Shown here in pieces: positions 39,045 through 52,766 of a stretch of DNA of 64,000 nucleotides. The translations under genes were made by a program, and so were the position numbers. Source of the DNA: Octopus sinensis (taxonomy: Eukaryota). The stretch covers positions 8,742,001-8,806,000 of the forward strand of contig NC_042997.1 in assembly GCF_006345805.1 (NCBI RefSeq), in the 5' to 3' direction. The notes beneath the pieces are model-generated. The model was not told where the DNA came from, made no database searches, and saw nothing but the letters and a program-made list of their open reading frames with translations. Within the stretch, counting starts at the first letter, position 1, and each line of letters starts with the position of its first letter.

Positions 39045-39712
39045 CACAAGCTTTCTCCAAGTCAATACATGCCAAATACAGAGGTTTATCTTTGGCTAGG
39101 TATTTCTCCTGCAGTTGCCTTACCAGAAATATAGCATCAGTGGTGTTTCTACCTGGCACAGAACCAATCTGCATCTCATCTGGATTAACTCTCTCCCTAA
39201 TTAGTTGGCCTATTACACTCTCTATAACTTACATCATCTGATCGAACAATTTGATACCTCAGGAATTATTTCTATCAATGGTATCACCTTTACCTTTCTA
39301 GCAGTTGACTATGGTGCTGCTTGACCAGTCATTGGGTATGATTCCTGCATGAACCACCTGATTTACAATATGGGTGACTAGACCATAATCCACACCATCA
39401 GATATTTTCAGCATCTCAGTGGTGATTCCTATTCTTAATGACTTTATCTACCTGGATACTGTCGATTCAGGTAGCTGGTCCCTCAGCTGGGTCAACATTT
39501 GGCAGATTCTCCTCCACCCATTCATTCTCCACATTCATCAGTCTTTCATAATGGAATCTCCAAGCCTCTTTCTTTGCAGACTCATTAAAAGCAAGAGCAC
39601 CATCATCCATGCAGACACATTTCTCTCCTATGATAATTTTCTCCCACACACTGTCTTGCAATCTGAAATACTTCAATTCGCTGGTCCTCACAATGCTGAA
39701 CATAGGCCATAT
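39045..39712 (-). mobile_element. Decayed RTE ORF2 fragment (pre-RT to RT domain 3)
   Basis: EKCVCMDDGALAFNESAKKEAWRFHYERLMNVENEW; CIDLEKA. Confidence 0.8.
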
Positions 39713-41767
39713 ATAAATATATATATATACACATATATATGAATACTTCACACACACACATACACAATAAAAAAGGATGTAAATGTCATATGATGAAATA
39801 ATAAATGAAAAATTTATCGATATAAGCTATAAAATAAAGCCAATATACCACAACAGAAGAAGTAAAGACAAATATAAAAAATAAAAATAAGCTCTCTTAA
39901 AACTAAAGAGAAAAAGATTATACAACAAAAGTCTAAACTGATATAAGACTAACATTGCTTCTTATGGAAATATGATAACCAGAGGATGAAAGAAACAGAG
40001 ACAGAGCAAAAGTTTTATGACAAGGATCAAACCTGCTATTGAACCCCAGAGTCCCACCAAACACACACACACACACACATACACAAACACACAAAAAGGA
40101 AAATTCTTTTTATCTTTCTGGTTATATATATATATATATATATATTTTAGTCTGCAAAATGATACAGTTCTGATAGATATTAATGCCAGAATATATTATA
40201 AAGCACATGCTCACAGTGGAACAGGATTCATATAACGTTCTCTCCATTTCATCATCATCATCATTATCATCACCATCATTTTGATAATTTCTTTCCATGG
40301 TGGCATGGCTTGCACAAGTCATCATAGCCAGACTCAGTTACATGGAGTTACTGCTCTCTTTGACAAATCAGAGGACTGCATCTCACTCGCTTGTTCTCCT
40401 TTGGTGTAGTAGGAAGGGCTGGATTTCGTTTTTTAATGTCAGACATTTTATAGGCTTAATTTGGAGATTTTTATCATGGTACTGGTATTTAAGAAGTTGT
40501 AATACTTTTGGTAAGTATAAAAAGTTATCTCCACATTGTATCTGTTCTTTCACCATCCACTTCTCAGAATGTCTTGGATGCATTTTATTATGGCACCACC
40601 ACTTGTTGTTGTTGTTGTTAAGCAACAAGACGGGTAAGGGTGATTAGGTGATGGTCTAGGGCTTAGGGGCGGGAGACCCCAGACCTTGGAAAAAAAAACT
40701 TTGGTCATCTTGTTGTAGTCGAGGGCTCTTCGTTGACGCCTGACACCACTGGGAGGTGGCCCTTGAAGTCACTGGAAATGGAGATCTCCAGGTCCAAATT
40801 CTTGAATGGCAGCACCACCACTAGATCACGTGCCTCATCCTCTCTAAGACTAAAGAGATCTTTCTATTCTATGTTGTCTCTGTTTCTTCAAAGTAAATGC
40901 AACAGAGTGGGTGAAGAGTGAGGAGAGTAATGTCTATGACTGGGGTAAAGAAATTTGCTTAGGGGACACAAACCCAGGTCCAGTGAAGTTTTTCAGGGAG
41001 ATGTTCAAAGTATTTTCATTGCTGCACCAAAAATCTTAGGGCATGCGCTTACAGCCATTGCACCCCTGTTTCCAAGCCTAGGGTAATGACAAACAGAGTG
41101 CAACAAATGCTGAATGATGAGGAAACAGAGTGGTGGGAGCAAGAGGGTATAAGGAAAATAGGAGAGAAGAAATTGGGATATGACTGTGAAACTACATGCT
41201 GGTTGAAGATATGGAGATTGACAAGAAGAACAAGAGCAGCATGATGGATCAAGAGTGGCTGCATGGTAAGTAGTTTGCTTACCAACCACATGGTTCTGGG
41301 TTCAGTCCCACTGTGTGACACCTTGGGCAAATGTCTTCTACTATACCTTTGGGCTGACCAAAGCCTTGTGAGTGGATTTGATAGACAGAAACTGAAAGAA
41401 TCCTGTCGTATATATATTTATTTTCTCTTCTTGTTTCTTTCTGTGTTTCTTTCAGTGGTATAGGAGAAGATTAAGGGAGAGTGACATATGTCAACATAAT
41501 GTGGTAAAGGCAAAAGTAACATGAGATTTTGACCAATTGAAGGACTATCCGTGGTATTCTACTACTATCCTATTTTCATATCCTTAACCACTTTTTCAAC
41601 CGTTCAGTTGCCAATTTCAGTTGATGGCAATTTCATATCTAAAGTTTTCTTGAATTGGGCCCTCTTTCTACTTTACATGTTCTTCGTTCAACAATCTCTT
41701 GTAATAGTATATCTCTATCGCTTGTGTTTTTGGTGTTAATGACTGCAAGTGTGACATTATCATTTCA

Positions 41768-41991
41768 TCCTTTCATTACCAACCCAGCTAAAACTGGCCC
41801 TGGTTCTGAGTACAAATGTCTTGTTTTCATAAGTTTTGAATTAAAATCTTCCACCAAACCTTAGTCAAAATTTATGTTCCTAACACTAGCTGAATGATAA
41901 CTAAGTTATTTTACTAAATCCTTTGTAATACTTAAAGTAATTGAAAGAAACACAGAGCATCTCAAAATAAATACAGTAACAAAAGGGTTAA
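41768..41991. mobile_element. piggyBac-like MITE
   Basis: Homologous to 7551-7762, ends aaagggTTAA. Confidence 0.65.
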
Positions 41992-42649
41992 TGATGTTTT
42001 AACTCTGTTTAATACATTCAAAACATCTCATGCTTTTGTTTTCATTAGGTTTGGCTTGGTTCTTTGCCAAGTACATCATAATGTCTCACTTTTCTTTTAC
42101 ACACTTGATATTGTTCCCACTTTTCTTCTAATCACTCCAGGCAGGTTTATTTCTCTTCTGGCGCTATCTAGCATTCTATTCCACTACCATGTTACATGCC
42201 ATGTGACTAGAACTTTACACCAACCATATATATGGTCCTCAGTCCTTGCCAGGCTGTTTCAGGAAAACTTACAGTTGGCCTGTATGTTACCATCCTCTTT
42301 CTTCATATTAAATTTTCTCATGACTTGGGTTTCAGGCCACAATGATTGGTTGTATTTATGGTATTTCAGGCAGATTAAAGTCATAATGGAACTGATTCAG
42401 TCTCTTGTGCATGAATATTGTTTTTAGCTGTTGGGTATGGATACCATTGTATCATTTGCCAAGTTTTTGCTTGCTTTACTTTCATTTGTTTACTTCAATT
42501 TTATATCTGAGTTACAATGTTTTACACACCACAGAAAAACAAAGTGGAATAAGCTGAACAAGAGGTGACATGTGGAATAAAGAACTGCTGAAGAGGTCAC
42601 AGAATATGTGATGAAAGAATTTTGACAAAAAAAAATAGACTGAAATCAT

Positions 42650-43290
42650 CATAATCAGCATCGTTTAACGTCCGCTTTCCATGCTAGCATGGGTTGAACG
42701 ATTTTGACTGAGGGATGGCGAACCAGATGGCTGCACCAGGCTCCAATCTTGATTTGGCAGAGTTTCTACAGCTGGATGTCCTTCCTAACGCCAACCACTC
42801 TGAGAGTGTAGTGGGTGCTTTTTATGTGCCACCAGTATGGGGGCCAGTTAGGCGGTTCTGGCAAGAACCTCACTCAAATCTTTTTACACATGCCACCAGC
42901 ACAGGTGCCAGTAAGGCGACGTTGGTAATGATCATGTTCGAATGGTGCCCTTTTACATGCCACCAGCACGGAAGTCAGTTGGCTGCTCTGGCACCGATTA
43001 GGCTCGGATGGTGCTCTTGGCACCCTACTAGCACAAGCACAAGTGCCAGTAAGGCAACGCTGGTAACGTTCACACTCGAATGGTGCTTTTTATGTGCCAC
43101 TGCCACGGAAGCCAGTTAGCCGCTCTGTCAATGATCACACTTGTATTGTACTTTTTGCACCCCGCTAGTACGGATGCCAGTCATTGAATGTGATTTCGAT
43201 TTTGATTCCACTTGCCTCAACAGGTCTTCGCAAACAGAGTTTAGTGTCCAAGGAAGGAAAAGGTATGCATAAGCAGGCTGGTTATGCTCC
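42650..43290 (-). mobile_element. RTE 3' UTR
   Basis: Reverse complement of the 54600-55268 UTR, including the ccatgctagcatgg palindrome. Confidence 0.85.
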
Positions 43291-45109
43291 TGGCATGGGC
43301 CACAGGTTATGATTATTACAAAGCTGAAGTGAAGACCAAATATAAAGTTTGTATGTTTAATTGGCAAAATATGACCATCTTCAAGTATAACAATATTTAA
43401 AAAATTCATATCTTTTTATTATTATTGTGATATCTCTTTTCATTAGCCAGTACAGTGGTTGCTTGGGTGCTGCTTGTTGATCATATCCTGTTCCTCTAAA
43501 TTCCTGTTTTGCTAAATCATATCCTATTTTGGCATAGTAGTTTATTGCTTTTCTTTCATTGCTTCAATTACTGATCTGTATTTAACAGTGAACTACGTTG
43601 TGATATATTGTTTTGTTAATAATGATTGTTTGTTTATAACATTTTATTGTCTAATTCAATACTTTTGTTTGACTCTACTGTTTTTTTTTGCAAAACGGAT
43701 TTAATCTAAACCTATTAATTCCTATTATTTTATTTGTTTCAGTCATTTGACAGTAGCCATGCTGGAGCACCGTCTTTAGTTGAACAAATTGACCCCAGGA
43801 CTTATTCTTTGTAAGCCTAGTACTTATTCTATCAGTCTCTTTTGCCGGACTGCTAAGTTACAGGGGACATAAACACACCAACATAAGTTGTCAAGTTATG
43901 GTGGGGAGACCTCTTTCTCTCTTCTCCTCTTCCTTAATTCCTTTGTTCCTCTTTTTCTCTCTCTTCTCTTCTCACATGACCGATTGGCCGACTTCTAGCC
44001 CTTTTGCTTCTGACCATGGTCACTGCCACATTGATATTCTTCCCTCTGCTGCAAGGCTTCATTTCCACACACACCAGCTGAAGTCAATTCGTCCCCAGTT
44101 GAAAGACGCCTATTGTTATGTCCTGTTACTATTATTATTTTTGTTATTATTTTTATTGTATTTTTGTATTTATATTCGTGTAACATCATCTGTTTTTCTG
44201 TCCTTGTTTTCGTATACATTTGATGCTTTTTTCCAAGGAATCTAATGTTCTTAGCTTAGTTTTTCCTTGGGTGCTGGCCAGATTGGAGCAATTTCAAGAT
44301 TGATCAGCTGAAATTGCAATGGTGATCCATTCTTGACTGAAGATAAAAGGCTTTGAATGACCCATCCTTGTCTTTTTGTATCGTCTATCTAGATGTTTTG
44401 TTGTCCCATTTTGTATCACCTAGTTGTCCGGATGTTTTGCGTTCTTGTCCTATTTTGCATTTGATTTTATATATATATATATAGGGGGTAGAATTCACAA
44501 AAAAAAACAAAAGACGAAAACAGATAGTGTAGACAACAAACAGATGTATTAGTTTAACGCTCAGGAAGTGAAAAAGTCTTTAACATTTCGAGCCTATGCT
44601 CTGCCACAAAAAGAAACACAGAAAGAAACAAGGAGAGAAAATAAAGAGAGAAAATAAATATATATACAACAGGATTCTTTCAGTTTCTGTCTACCAAATC
44701 CACTCACAAGGGTTTGGTCAGCCCAAAGGTATAGTAGAAGACATTTGCCCAAGGTGCCACACAGTAGGACTGAACCCAGAACCATGTGGTTGGTAAGCAA
44801 ACTACTTACCATGCAGCCACTCTTGCATCTATTCAATAATCCTCAATCATAATAGCTTCAGTCATAAAGTTACAATATTCACAGCCTACATTTCCTCCAC
44901 CACAATTCAAGGAAGAAAAAAACTAAGAGAAACCAGGAGATGGCTCATTGTGTGTGTCAATATGCTTGTGTTTTTGTGTATGCATGTGCACACACAGTTA
45001 CACATGCATAGTTGGATGCAAATCAGACTGTGAATCCAGCAACATTTTTTGCAAAACTATCTGAATTGAGAAATTACAGGTAAAAAGAATTCAGGAAATT
45101 TACTTTAGC

Positions 45110-45112
<3 letters not shown>

Positions 45113-45167
<55 letters not shown>

Positions 45168-45440
45168 TAGTTTTATTTTTATAGCATGCCTTCCTTTTAC
45201 TACCGAGCACAGCTCTGTGTGCCTTGGGTATGTGCTGTGATTTAGGATGCTCTGATGGTTATTGTATGGAAAGTGTTCTGCGTAGGATGTGTTCAGTGCC
45301 TAGTAGTGCAATTTTCTGTATGTTATATGTGTTTCTAAGTCCTGGTGTTTTTGTTATGTATTTGTCTGAATATTTTTTTTCATGCCTAATTATTATTATC
45401 ATTATTATTAATATTATTATTATTATTATTATTATTATTT
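45113..45440 (-). mobile_element. 3' end of an R4/Dong-type LINE inserted in (TAA)n
   Basis: C-terminus IQKIALLGTEHILRRTL*; (TAA)n arrays on both sides. Confidence 0.75.
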
Positions 45441-46607
45441 TCTTATTCACCACAGGAAAATAAAATGCACTCATTTGTAACACAGTATGATAATCACTAA
45501 GAATATTTTGACTGTTACAACCACATCTTCTTACTAAGGGTTAAACCCTATCTTGTTTTGTTTTCGAATCTGAGCAGATTTCTGTTACAGAGTTAATAAA
45601 CATCCATAATGATTTGACTAGTGAAACAGTCAAAACACTGATTGAATAGAAACATATGAACCCTCAACCCTTGGACTGACAACCTGACACACTATCAACT
45701 TTCTTAGCTGCAATACATCATCACTAGCTCAGTAAATGAAATACTTCTTTATCCTTTACTTCTCATCTGAGAATATTTTGTTTTGAGTATTTATATTATT
45801 AGATTATATCAACAGCTTTATTATGCACAAATTGTCAGCAAGTTTATTACTTGAGCGTTTTATACCATCCTTTGTGTTTGAAAGCATTCAGTGCCAGTAA
45901 TTGGATATGATATCTCAATGTTTCTTTGCTTTACAACTGACATCTTATCTTCATGGTTTATTTTGAATTTATGAGGAATAAGAATGGTCCTCATCCTTTA
46001 TCTCTCCTAGAAACTAAATTTGAATGAATTTGGTAGTAGTAATTTAATATAATGTCAAATTTTCTTTGCTAAAAACTTTCCACATTCTCTTAATATATTG
46101 TGAATTTATAATGAACAAGAATGTTGTCTCAACCCTTTGAGAGTTTACAAAGTTTAATTCCTACTATGAGCAAAATTCATTTTGTTGAAATAAGATTTAG
46201 AATCTACTCAAAAATGTGTTATGCTCTTTATAGATATCACTAGAATTTAGCATTAGCAAAGGAACCTCTTTGTAGTCTTTTGATCTGCTAAAATTTTAGC
46301 TAAATCCTCTTAAAAGGAAGCTATTCTTAAAAAAAAAAGATAGAAACACTGCATAATGTAGTGTTGAATATACTAAGTCTGCAAAACAAACTCACCTGGT
46401 ATGCTTTAGGTTAGTACTATTCTGATGCTAATCAACATTGACAATAACATCTGAGCCAATATTACACACTCAGTGTCTTTTTAACGTAATGCAGGGATAA
46501 TATGACTAAATGAAAAAGATATAGAACCATTTATTTTGGATTATAAGTTCAAAGTACTCACAGGCATTTAATGCTGTTTCTAGACAGAAATCCTTAATAA
46601 AAAAAAA

Positions 46608-47040
46608 AGGTGGTGAACTGGCAGAAACATTAGCACGCTGGGCAAAATGCTTAATGGTATTTCGTCTGCCGCTACGTTCTGAGTTCAAATTCTGCCAAGG
46701 TCGACTTTGCCTTTCGTCCTTTCGGGGTCGATAAATTAAGAACCAGTTATGCACTGGGGATCGATGTAATTGACTTAATCCCTTTGTCTGTCCTTGTTTG
46801 TCTGTCCTTGTTTGTCTCCTCTATGTTTAGCCCCTTGTGGGTAGTAAAGAAATAGGTATTTCGTCTCTCTTTACATTCTGAGTTCAAGTTCCGCCAGGGT
46901 CGACTTTGCCTTTCATCTTTTCGGGGTCGATAAATTAAGAACCAGTTACACACTGGGGTCGATGTAATCGACTTAATCCCTTTGTCTGTCCTTGTTTGTC
47001 CCCTCTATGTTTAGCCCCTTGTGGGCAATAAAGAAATAAG
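46608..47040 (+). mobile_element. SINE family C with internal tandem duplication
   Basis: Two successive copies of ggtatttcgtc...ctggggtcgatgtaatcgacttaatccctttgtctgtcc. Confidence 0.85.
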
Positions 47041-49243
47041 AAATCCTTAATCAACATTGTTCCAGTCCACCTTGCTGTTTAGTTTCCTATTGAACTTTAG
47101 ATTGTCCTCTCATCTATTTCTCACTATGAAACTGGTGTTAAAAATTACATTAAGACTTTTTTACTTTTTACATTACTTAATGAGTAGCAAGATATGCATG
47201 CACTGTGTGCACTGGTAATATACATTTGATTGATGTTGTATTTTGAACTTTTGTAAATCAACATCAGCTGGAGAAAATATGAACTGAAGAGAATTTCAGA
47301 AGTCTGAAGTTTTGAGAATGAAGAACTGAACAGAATAGCTAGTGGGTTGGCAAGTCACAGGGAGGAGACATACTGTGAATAAGCAGATGAGAGAGAGACA
47401 GGTGTGTTGAGTAAGCTTGGCTGGAAGTGAATAAGGAATATGTGACTAGCTAGTTCAGAGGCTTTTATAGCAGCGATAGCATAAATGCAGAGAGAGAGAG
47501 TGGGAGAGAGGGGAGAGAAAGTGAGAGAGAGGAGAAATAGAGAGAAAGAGGGGGCGGGGAGAAGGGAGGGAAGAGAGGAGGGAGGGAGAGAGGAAATAGT
47601 AAGAATGAGAGACGAGGAGAGAGAGGTGAAGAGAGAGAGAGAAAAAGTGTGTATGTAGCCCAGAGAATGAAAGAGACATTCCCATTCACATTACACTATA
47701 TTTTTAATAAACTATAATGAGAATTCAAGTGCCAGCCTTTTTTCTTCATCATATTTATGTTAAAAAAACACTGCTTTTAGTTTTGATTGATTTTTAGAAT
47801 AATGGAAATTTAGTAAAATAATTTAGTCATTACTAAGATGTTGTTTAAAACACAAATTGATATGGAATTTTGATGGAACATTTTAATTTAGATCACTCTA
47901 AAACAAGAAGCTTGTATCACAGAACGAAGAATGATTACAGGCAGGTATCAAAATAGTTAAAGAAATTTCCCATCATTAGCCTTGCCTTTCTAGTATCATC
48001 CATATTTCTGTGTGTGGTAGATTAGATATGCAAGATCTGAATAGCTAAGAAAAGGACATGGTGTAGTGATGGATATAAAAATCACATACTAGTATCTTGT
48101 TTGCCATAAAATGATTCAATAGGTTTCATACAGTTTAAATAGTGGGATCACTGTGTTAATGTAATTCTTTCATAAGTAACAACTGCCGGCACCAGTTATT
48201 AGTTGTCAGAGCACTGCATCCTTCAAAACTTCCATGCTTCCTGAGATTCGTCAACACTACACCTGATTTTTTTCCCCTCCATACACATGCAAGCATGTAT
48301 CTGACTCATACATTGTTCCCTTTCCAGACATTTGTACATTACTGCATATGCTTTATATGCACTTTTGACAAGTTGTGGTGCACCTGAGCACTGTATACAA
48401 TAATTTCATTATTATTATTATTTAACAATAAAGTGAAGAGGTTGTGTATTTGAAGAACCTAAAATAATTTAACTTTGGTCGTCAGTTTTTGAATATCTCA
48501 TAGTTACTCTATCTAGAGAGTCAAAAGGCATTGTCATAGACCTGGAGGTGATTATGAACACTAGAAGATAAAAACAATTGACCGAAACTCTAAGCAATTA
48601 CTCAATCTGCTAGAAATAGCAACCAGCTGGACAAGTTGAGCATTACACTTGTCAGTCAGTGAATCCAAGGTGGCTCAAAACACTGAGTGTTGCAGGAAAA
48701 GTGTTTGGTTTAGTATTCAAGGCTTGCTCCAACCATGGATAAAACCCAGATTGGGGTTTTGAAAATTCCATGATGACCCTATATTTAACAAACCTCAGAG
48801 ATGTCATTCAAAATGGGATGAGACAAAAAGATTTGTACCCAGGACTTTCAGCATTGTTAATTTACCCATGTGTAAAATGGCCAATGTGGCATGGTTGCAT
48901 TTACACAACATAGCTTCAGCCATGAATGTAAGTTCCTTTACCACAATAATGTCAGACCTCTTAAGACAGTTAAAAATTTATACATTCACTTCATGATTTT
49001 TTTCCACCACCACTACAGCAACTACGGTGAAGTCTGTGTCTTGCAGGTGAAATCATAATAATACTGAAATATGTCAACACTAATTTCACACACTTTCTAA
49101 AATAATTAAACCAATATCCAAACAATAATTAATATTGCTTTATCCTTGTCACCAAGTAATTGTTTCTAGTTAAGCTTTTAATGATGTCATCATTCAGTAT
49201 GTTAGTATCAACATAACTTTTGCTGTTTTTCTTGCAGATTATG

Positions 49244-49530
49244 TCTCTAAGAAATTTATTCTGTGACAATTCTAATTTTCTCTACCAACAAGTGTACAAT
49301 CTTGTATAATCACTGAGGAATTCTCCTATCAATACTTCAACAAGTATAGGGAAATTTATGTTTCGCAGATGAGCTCAAAATATGTCTGGTTGAAATCTCT
49401 AAATAATTTATTCTGTGAACAGTTCTAATTTTCTACACAAATGAGTTCCCAATTTCGTACCATTCCTCAAAAATTTTCCCATCACTACTTCAACATATAT
49501 AGTTATTTGTCACAGATGAGTTCATTAAAA
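49244..49530. repeat. Diverged ~150-bp tandem duplication
   Basis: tctctaa.aatttattctgtga..ttctaattttct...acttcaaca.tatag...cagatgag.tc occurs twice. Confidence 0.7.
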
Positions 49531-49859
49531 GATGAAAATATGCATGGATATTTTCTCCCATTTTTTCCAGAATAACTAAAATAATATTCATCATTGACAA
49601 ATATAGTCTTTTCCTTTCTGCATAATTATTTTTAATTAACATTTTAATGTTTACTGCATTATATATGACGTCACTGACTAATTGTATCTATTGTATTTCT
49701 GTTTATTCATCAGACCTTAACTTTAGATATCAGAACACCTAGAAATAGACAGAAATATGAACATCATCTGTGTCCCTCATCACCATTATCCTCATCATTA
49801 TTACATCTGCTTTCTTATGCTGGTCTAGCAGTTTTTTTTATTTTTTATTTATGTACCCT

Positions 49860-50163
49860 TTTCTAGCCTAGCCAGGCTCATGAGCCCAGTTTCCTGTTTT
49901 CTGTGGTGTATGTGTTCCACCCCACCCCCCAGCTGGACAGGACGCCAGTCCATCACAGCGTTACTCAAGAAACAGGAAGAAAGAGTGAGAGAAAGTTGTG
50001 GTGAAAGAGTAAACAGGAGTCACCACCACCCCCTGCCAGAGCCTCATCGAGCTTTTTAGGTGTTTTCACTCAATAAACACACACAACACCTGGTCTGGGA
50101 ATTGAGATCGTGATCCTCAGACCACAAGTCCGCTGCCCTAACCACTGGGCCATTGCGCCTCCA
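49860..50163 (-). mobile_element. SINE family A (tail type 2)
   Basis: Reverse complement of 4576-4880. Confidence 0.85.
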
Positions 50164-50409
50164 CACTGGTCTGGCAGTAGAAACAGAAAGTTGTATATAA
50201 ACAAAGCTGGATCTCCTCCGGTTAGCAGTTCTGGATGAACCTACCTTGCAGCAAGAAACACAGATGGGTGCAGCAACATCAAACTCCTTCATTCACCAAA
50301 AGCTACACAACAGAAGTGGTTTAATGAAAGCATAGCATGGCTGCAGCTCTCATGCTGAAACTAGAAAAGGAATATATATATATATATATAAAGTTTGAGC
50401 CTAATTAGG

Positions 50410-50696
50410 CCATTTTTCTTTCTGGCTTTGCATGGCCACTCCACTAGCAATGTGCACCAAAGAAGAAAAAAGAGCAGTGAAATCAGTACAAGATACAGTG
50501 CTTTGCTGGCTAACAAACTGAAGCCAGCAATTCTCACCAAACGACGAAGCCTATTGTTGAAGAAAGTTTTGTTATTGCATGACAATGCATGCTCACACAT
50601 GGTCACTCAGACAGTTGAAAACATTAACCAATTGAGTTTTGAGGTGCTGGAACACCCTGCCTACAGCCCAGATCTCATCCCTTCCAACTATCATAA
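50410..50696 (+). mobile_element. Mariner (DD34D) transposase fragment
   Basis: VLLLHDNACSH...FEVLEHPAYSPDLIPSNYH; truncated at a TA array. Confidence 0.85.
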
Positions 50697-50731
50697 ATAT
50701 ATATACATATATATATATGCTTGTATGTATG

Positions 50732-50765
<34 letters not shown>

Positions 50766-51039
50766 GCAATAAAGGGTGGAATGTAATTAATTTGTAAGGA
50801 AATGTGAATATCTTCTCCGGACCTTTTGTGGGGGTGCGAGAAGCAATCACTTTCCGTTGCTTTTATATCCAGACTCTACCAGTCAAAGAAACACAAAACG
50901 CAGACGTAAAAAATAGATATACTTTATTGTTTTATGGTGAGAGATCAGTGGTATATCTGATGTCCTTGGTTCTGGGCGCGCAAGGCTGAAAGTTAATCGA
51001 TTGTAATATTTACAATGTTCAGTTGCTAAAAACAGAACG

Positions 51040-51360
51040 GGTCAAAAATGGCGTCCGGAGGAAGAAGATGATGTTTGTCTGCAACAATTCAGGTTAAAAG
51101 TCTTTGGCCAAAAGACTGCTGCTATCAAAACCGGAGAGAGAGCGAATTAAACGTCTGCTTCTATGAAAAGCCTGCCGCTGTCTGCCGGACGCCAATGGTC
51201 AATGCTTTACGCTCCCTTGCCTCTTTGTTAAGGCTCGCGCTCCCTTGCCTCTTTGTTAAGGCTCGCGCTCCCTTCGCCTAAATAAGCTAAGGCCACGTCA
51301 GCAAAATTCCCTCTTCCGGACTTCGTGTATTCGCGAGAGGGCGTTGCGCGCGCGCGCTGT
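51040..51360. promoter_or_regulatory. Housekeeping-type CpG-island promoter-like segment (second copy ~51990-52280)
   Basis: YY1-like aaaatggcg 51045, CCAAT 51192, CRE-like cacgtca 51294, ETS cttccgg 51313, tcgcgaga 51331, (GC)6 51346; CpG density far above the window background. Confidence 0.6.
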
Positions 51361-51623
51361 TGTATAGGATCACTACAAACAAGGGAAACAAAGGGAAAAA
51401 AAGAAAGGAAGAAAGAAAGAAAGACCAACAATTGAACCAATAAATTTTGAATGTGCAATTTACAAAAAAAAATGTTTTTTTTTTTGTTTTTTTTTTGTTT
51501 GTACTGTGTGCACAGAGAATAGAAAAAAATTCTTTTCTTTTGTTTTTACCAACCTTCGTCGCGTTTTAATCGAGAAAAAAAAATTTCTTCTTTTTTTTTT
51601 TTTTCTTCCGTGCGTGAGTGCAG

Positions 51624-51742
51624 ATGAAGAAACAAACTGTTGAAAGGGACTGGAAAACAGGTTGGTCGTGTTTCAGACTTGGCAGAAAAACTGGATTTTT
51701 TTCTTTTTGTTGAGTGCTCTCTGGAACTTCGGGGTCACCACT
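51624..51742 (+). pseudogene. Possible first coding exon with signal-peptide-like end (one T short in a homopolymer)
   Basis: ATG...KTGFF(F)FLLSALWNFGVTT then gtaagg donor; in frame only if the T7 run is T8. Confidence 0.3.
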
Positions 51743-52655
51743 GTAAGGAAATGTGAATATCTTCTCCGGACCTTTTGGGGGGGTGCGAGAAGCAATCACT
51801 TTCCGTTGCTTTTATATCCAGACTCTACCAGTCAAAGAAACACAAAACGCAGACGTAAAAAATAGATATACTTTATTGTTTTATGGTGAGAGATCAGTGG
51901 TATATCTGATGTCCTTGGTTCTGGGCGCGCAAGGCTGAAAGTTAATCGATTGTAATATTTACAATGTTCAGTTGCTAAAAACAGAACGGGTCAAAAATGG
52001 CGTCTGGAGGAAGAAGATGATGTTTGTCTGCAACAATTCAGGTTAAAAGTCTTTGGCCAAAAGACTGCTGCTATCAAAACCGGAGAGAGAGCGAATTAAA
52101 CGTCTGCTTCTATGAAAAGCCTGCCGCTGTCTGCCGGACGCCAATGGTCAATGCTTTACGCTCCCTTGCCTCTTTGTTAAGGCTCGCGCTCCCTTCGCCT
52201 AAATAAGCTAAGGCCACATCAGCAAAATTCCCTCTTCCGGACTTCGTGTATTCGCGAGAGGGCGTTGCGCGCGCGCGCTGTTGTATAGGATCACTACAAA
52301 TTTAATAAAATTAATCAATTTCACCTAGTAGATTTGTCGGTATGGAAAAGACCATATTTGGTAAGGGTTATAATAATTATAATTAAGGGTTAAATGCAAC
52401 AAGTTGCTCAAAACCACATACCGAAAATATTAGAAATAGCAGCCAAAATTGGTACCTATTTCCTCTACTAGTAAAAAGTCTCCACAAACAAACAGAATTT
52501 GTAAGCTGTATATGGCAAAAAAGGCAGAAAATAACAAAAACCCAGCCTGTGGATTAATTATAGACGACTCGTTTCTGGATTAGAACCGAAGGTTCATTTC
52601 CTTGTCAATATAATATTTCCTATAGATCTAGAAATGCTAGGGGAAAAAAACTTAC

Positions 52656-52766
52656 CCGTTACACCAGTACGATCTGCGACATCGGACAGCCTAACGGAAC
52701 TGCTAGCATTCCTGCACCTATGCCGACATGCGAATTCATATTTCCCTCCAAAATTTACCACGTGAG
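52656..52766 (-). CDS. Candidate 111-nt symmetric exon (AHVVNFGGKYEFACRHRCRNASSSVRLSDVADRTGVT)
   Basis: gtttttgtag acceptor, G/gtaagt donor, phase 1-1, GC/CpG-rich. Confidence 0.45.

Noticed and set aside
42587-42625. Hammerhead-like CTGAAGA...GAAA
   Set aside because: No stem I pairing and a non-cleavable G at position 17; probably chance
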